The notes beneath the pieces are model-generated. The model searched no databases, was not told the origin of the DNA, and worked only from the letters and a program-made list of their open reading frames with translations. 64,000 bases of DNA from Candidatus Gottesmanbacteria bacterium (GTDB lineage Bacteria > Patescibacteriota > Microgenomatia > UBA10105 > UBA927), in NCBI GenBank assembly GCA_963714095.1, contig OY970230.1:959907-1023906 (forward strand), given 5' to 3'. Shown one piece after another: positions 60,791 to 64,000 of the stretch. Both the position numbers and the translations under genes were made by a program. Position 1 is the first letter of the stretch. The number at the start of each line of letters is the position of its first letter.

Positions 60791-61633
60791 ATGAGTACAA
60801 ATAGTATGGACGCGGTAAGGCGATGGTTTATCCGTCTGGAGCGGCATTTTTCATTGACCAAACGTCAACAATTTGTCGCAGTCACGGTTTTATTAACCGT
60901 GGGTCTCCTTTTTACACAGCTGGTAACCGGAGGATCCCGCTATGTCCTCGTATTTTTATCGGGGTTGTTGACCGCCGGTTTATCCGCATTGGTATTTAGG
61001 AAGGATCTCAAAAATATGGAATGGCTTACCATTCTGACATTACCCACATTGTTTACCGCGGCCGTTGCGCTTTTTTATTTTTTGCTGCCCGTCCGATGGC
61101 TGACCCGCCTGCCTGTAGCATTTTTGTACGGCATCGGCATGTATGCTCTTCTGTTAACAGAGAATATCTACACGGTTGCTGCGGACCGTACGATCGCGCT
61201 CCTTCGAGCCGCTCACTCCGTAGGGTTCCTGTTGACGCTGCTCACGTATTTTTTACTGGTACAAACGGTATTGGCATTCCGTTTTATTGCTCCGGTGCAG
61301 ACGCTTATCATAGGAGGTATCAGTTTTTTTCTCGTGGTGCAATCCGTATGGTCGATGGAATTGACGGGAATGTTGAGTAGGCGAGTGTGGCATATTAGTG
61401 TGGCAATAACCGTGTTTCTTACACAGCTGGTATGGGTTTTTTCCTTTTTGCCGACTACAACGACGCTTTTGGCACTTCTTTTCACGACGTTTTTTTACAG
61501 CGCCGTCGGGATGGCTCAGCAGTATCTGGTGGAAAAACTCTACAAGAAAACCGTCATAGAATTTATTGTTGTTGCTGTAATTGTTTTTGGTATTACACTG
61601 GTTGCAACTTCCTGGCGCGGTGGTGCTACATAG
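60791..61633 (+). CDS. hypothetical multi-pass membrane protein
   Basis: About 7 TM helices. Confidence 0.5.
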   Translation: MSTNSMDAVRRWFIRLERHFSLTKRQQFVAVTVLLTVGLLFTQLVTGGSRYVLVFLSGLLTAGLSALVFRKDLKNMEWLTILTLPTLFTAAVALFYFLLPVRWLTRLPVAFLYGIGMYALLLTENIYTVAADRTIALLRAAHSVGFLLTLLTYFLLVQTVLAFRFIAPVQTLIIGGISFFLVVQSVWSMELTGMLSRRVWHISVAITVFLTQLVWVFSFLPTTTTLLALLFTTFFYSAVGMAQQYLVEKLYKKTVIEFIVVAVIVFGITLVATSWRGGAT

Positions 61634-62751
61634 AGGCAGGGGAGGAGGGCATGATATAGTTTGATATATAGGCTTATAGTATCCTATAACAATGTGGATA
61701 ATTCTTTTCACGGAATAAAGTGAGTTTATTTCACGCTCGATACGCGCCCTATGCACACCTGTGCAAGAGCACGGTGTGCTGCGCGAGTGGGCCACTGGCC
61801 CACTCGCTTGAGTACACAATGTGTGCGTATTTTTAGTGGTTTGGATTGTTACTACGCGCTATTCTACTTGAGCGTCCATAAAGATTATTATGCAATATTA
61901 GCTTCGAAAAGATAGGTTTGGAGCATATTGAAGGCCTAAAAAAACCCGAACGTCCTATACCGGCAGGCACACTTCGTGAGTGCTGATAGCCTTAAAATAG
62001 ATAGATTAGCTCGTTATTACGCTCTAAATAGCGACGTATCCATATCTACGTGGGGTATAAACCAGCCTTGAAAATAGCATTATGGAGCATATTAATGAGC
62101 TAAACTGCACTCATGTTCATCCCGAGCCAACGCGAGGGATCTCGTATTTTAGCTTTGAATATTACGTTTTAGAGCATATTAATGGGCTAAATCGTGATGA
62201 CCTCAACACGCGGAGGATAAGAGTTCTTGTTGTATGATATGTGTGCATTTAAGGCTGTAGATTCGTTTAAACACTATCAAGGATAGTTGATCTCTTACCC
62301 GAGGAGAGTGGTTTTCGAGGCTAGGTTGCCCCCTGTTTATAACGCGCTATGGATAATACCTTTTCGGGTGTTTGGAATGCCTATCCTTGCTGCAGGGAAT
62401 CTTTACCTATGTAGTCGCACAATAATACTTTTGCGACGTGTACCAAGGCTTATGCGGGAGAGGCCTTTTCAACGGTATTTTAGATTCCGCGTTGGTTGAA
62501 CAAATATATTGTTGTTTTGTGTTATAGAATTATTCTTTCGATATTCTCTCTTTTATGTTTCTTAATTCTTTTTGTCCATCTTTGGTTTGAGTGGTTTTTC
62601 CGGAATCGCGAAAATGAGAAATTTCGCGTGGTTATAACCCAAACGTTCTTACGGGTGTTGCGTATAGATGAGTAACTGGGCATGCCCATTACCATTAAGC
62701 CGTCCTGGGGCATTACAGAGGCTTCCAGCTGAGGCTAATTTGTGGCTAAGG
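61634..62751. other. 1.1-kb non-coding region with hairpins, direct repeats, a DnaA-box 9-mer and an AT-rich tract
   Basis: No credible ORF. The elements are itemised in the findings. Confidence 0.6.
61915..62191 (+). repeat. three degenerate ~24-nt direct repeats (GGAGCATATTRANGRGCTAAA)
   Basis: Copies at 61915..61940, 62081..62104 and 62167..62191. Confidence 0.6.
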
Positions 62752-63675
62752 TTATTTGGGCAAAACCCCTGCTTTTTCGAGGATTCCCCTTGCCAAAAAA
62801 TAATTTTTGACGTGGTCCGTTTTTGGTTCAACCAAAATCCAAACATCGTTGCGGTTTTTGAAAAGTTTCAGGAGTTTGATCATTTCCTGTTTATTTGGAA
62901 TTGCATCGCTGGTATCCAGAACCGGATTTGCAAGCGTATCATGATTATCAACGCCGTTATACGGGGCAACGACGAATGAAAGATGGATAAGGTGCGTGGC
63001 TGTGGACAGCGTTTTTGTCGTGTCGTATAAAAATCGCCAGACCTTATTGCGATCGTCCGAAATCATATTGCAGGCCGTGTGTCCGAAATCATTGGCTATG
63101 GCAAATCCGAGAGCCCCAAGATGCAACTGAACCGTTATCGGTAGTTGATAAAAAGTAACTACCTGGGTTCGGTCTCTGTTAGATCTCCAGATTGTTGTAT
63201 CGCGCTGCGGAACGGTTTCCACTGTTAGCATAATTCCTCTTGAATCAGCATATGTTTTTAGTTTTGAAACATTGTCTAGAAAATTCGCAATACATATATC
63301 CGTTTTGGCAGGTTTTGATGCGACAGAAACGTTCATTGTATTAAAATTGACATTCAGCAGTATCTGCATATCAGTATGGATATTTACATAGGCAAAACGG
63401 TTTTGAGCAGCTGTGTCAATTGTGGCGCACATAAGCGCTAAAGACGGTTTTGTGATAGAAGGATCCGGGTATGCAATGTTTGTGAGTAAGCCGCTTTGAA
63501 GGGCGCCCCAATAATGTAAACCTACCTCCATCGGTTCACGCTTCAAATACGAAAATAGATTGCTGTAATCGTCCGCACGGGTTGCATCAAACCAGACTTC
63601 GGCCATTGCAGGATGGGTGGCAGCGATTTCTGAGGCGCTATTACGATTCAAACTTACTTTAATCCCGAGCTTCAT
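62752..63675 (-). CDS. hypothetical protein, possibly a TIM-barrel sugar-phosphate isomerase/epimerase-like fold
   Basis: 307-aa ORF with weak resemblance only. Confidence 0.35.
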   Translation of the reverse strand: MKLGIKVSLNRNSASEIAATHPAMAEVWFDATRADDYSNLFSYLKREPMEVGLHYWGALQSGLLTNIAYPDPSITKPSLALMCATIDTAAQNRFAYVNIHTDMQILLNVNFNTMNVSVASKPAKTDICIANFLDNVSKLKTYADSRGIMLTVETVPQRDTTIWRSNRDRTQVVTFYQLPITVQLHLGALGFAIANDFGHTACNMISDDRNKVWRFLYDTTKTLSTATHLIHLSFVVAPYNGVDNHDTLANPVLDTSDAIPNKQEMIKLLKLFKNRNDVWILVEPKTDHVKNYFLARGILEKAGVLPK

Positions 63676-63744
63676 TACGTAAGTATATCAGAATACTGCT
63701 TGACAATTATTGCGATGTCGCACATTCTAGTAATAGATACATGT

Positions 63745-64000
63745 ATGAATTTAGACCAATTGGTAAAAGACTTCCTCGAATATCTTGAAATTGAGCGCAA
63801 TGTTTCGCAGCTGACAATCCGTAACTATGCGCACTATTTGCACCGGTATTTGGAGTTCCTGGCGACCTATTCCCCTGCTCCCCCATCATCTTCCGGCGTG
63901 AAATCTGTGAAATATTTGACGAACAAAGATATTACAAACGAGTCAATCCGCGAATTCCGGCTCTATTTGTCCCGGTACGTCGATGCACACGGGATAAGTC
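63745..64000 (+). CDS. tyrosine recombinase XerC/XerD-family, N-terminal fragment running off the window
   Basis: Hand translation gives 'MNLDQLVKDFLEYLEIERNVSQLTIRNYAHYLHRYLEFL', the integrase N-terminal SAM-like domain. Confidence 0.6.
   Translation, partial: MNLDQLVKDFLEYLEIERNVSQLTIRNYAHYLHRYLEFLATYSPAPPSSSGVKSVKYLTNKDITNESIREFRLYLSRYVDAHGIS

Noticed and set aside
61915-62191. Possible CRISPR array from the three direct repeats
   Set aside because: The repeats are degenerate, spacings are uneven (164 and 87 nt), and there are only three copies. It is not CRISPR-like.
61634-62751. RNase P RNA, tmRNA or SRP RNA in the large non-coding region
   Set aside because: I looked for GGAAAGTCCGG, ACAGAACCCGGCTTA, the tmRNA T-arm/ACCA end and the SRP GGAA tetraloop context and found none. 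Only a vague 'gcaagagcac' resemblance was seen.
63700-63736. Sigma70-like promoter (TTGACA at 63700) for the xerC-like gene
   Set aside because: There is no acceptable -10 at 16-18 nt spacing. The only TA-rich hexamers are about 25 nt away.

Overview
This is a gene-dense bacterial chromosomal segment, coding on both strands, with no rRNA genes or CRISPR arrays and one tRNA-Leu(CAA). Most genes are housekeeping: rpsB-tsf-frr, glyA, rseP, proS, rpsU-yqeY-ybeY, dnaX, ybaB, ahcY, prs, recR, cysS, mntH-mntR, MTHFS-thyA-folA, ychF, rpsF-ssb-rpsR, ctpA, rpmE-prfA, hisS, dnaB, lgt, tgt and yebC. Several traits suggest a reduced-genome, possibly Patescibacteria-like, lineage: a short EF-Ts, no pyrH between tsf and frr, a ProRS without the editing domain, and many extended -10 promoters sitting 6-8 nt before start codons. 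That lineage call is inference. The standard genetic code appears to apply, because TGA, TAA and TAG all terminate genes. The most unusual locus is a tightly coupled operon at about 1-6617. It reads HAD phosphatase, a hypothetical, a dTMP-kinase paralog, tmk, tdk, three tandem paralogs of an unrecognised P-loop NTPase family with a His-rich motif, and two tandem histidine-phosphatase paralogs, ending at a terminator. The first P-loop paralog is broken by a +2 frameshift inside a (TA)4 tract. Other points worth a second look are listed below. rpmE (L31) sits in frame with a domain-1-less prfA (RF1), separated only by TAG plus one codon. A perfect 30-bp palindrome lies upstream of an orphan histidine/aromatic ammonia-lyase whose MIO triad is Thr-Ser-Gly. 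A 1.1-kb structured non-coding region with degenerate direct repeats and a perfect DnaA box lies next to a partial xerC/xerD-like recombinase at the window end. A small 6-TM protein is translationally coupled to folA. Several small ORFs with strong ribosome-binding sites are missed by the 60-aa ORF cutoff.
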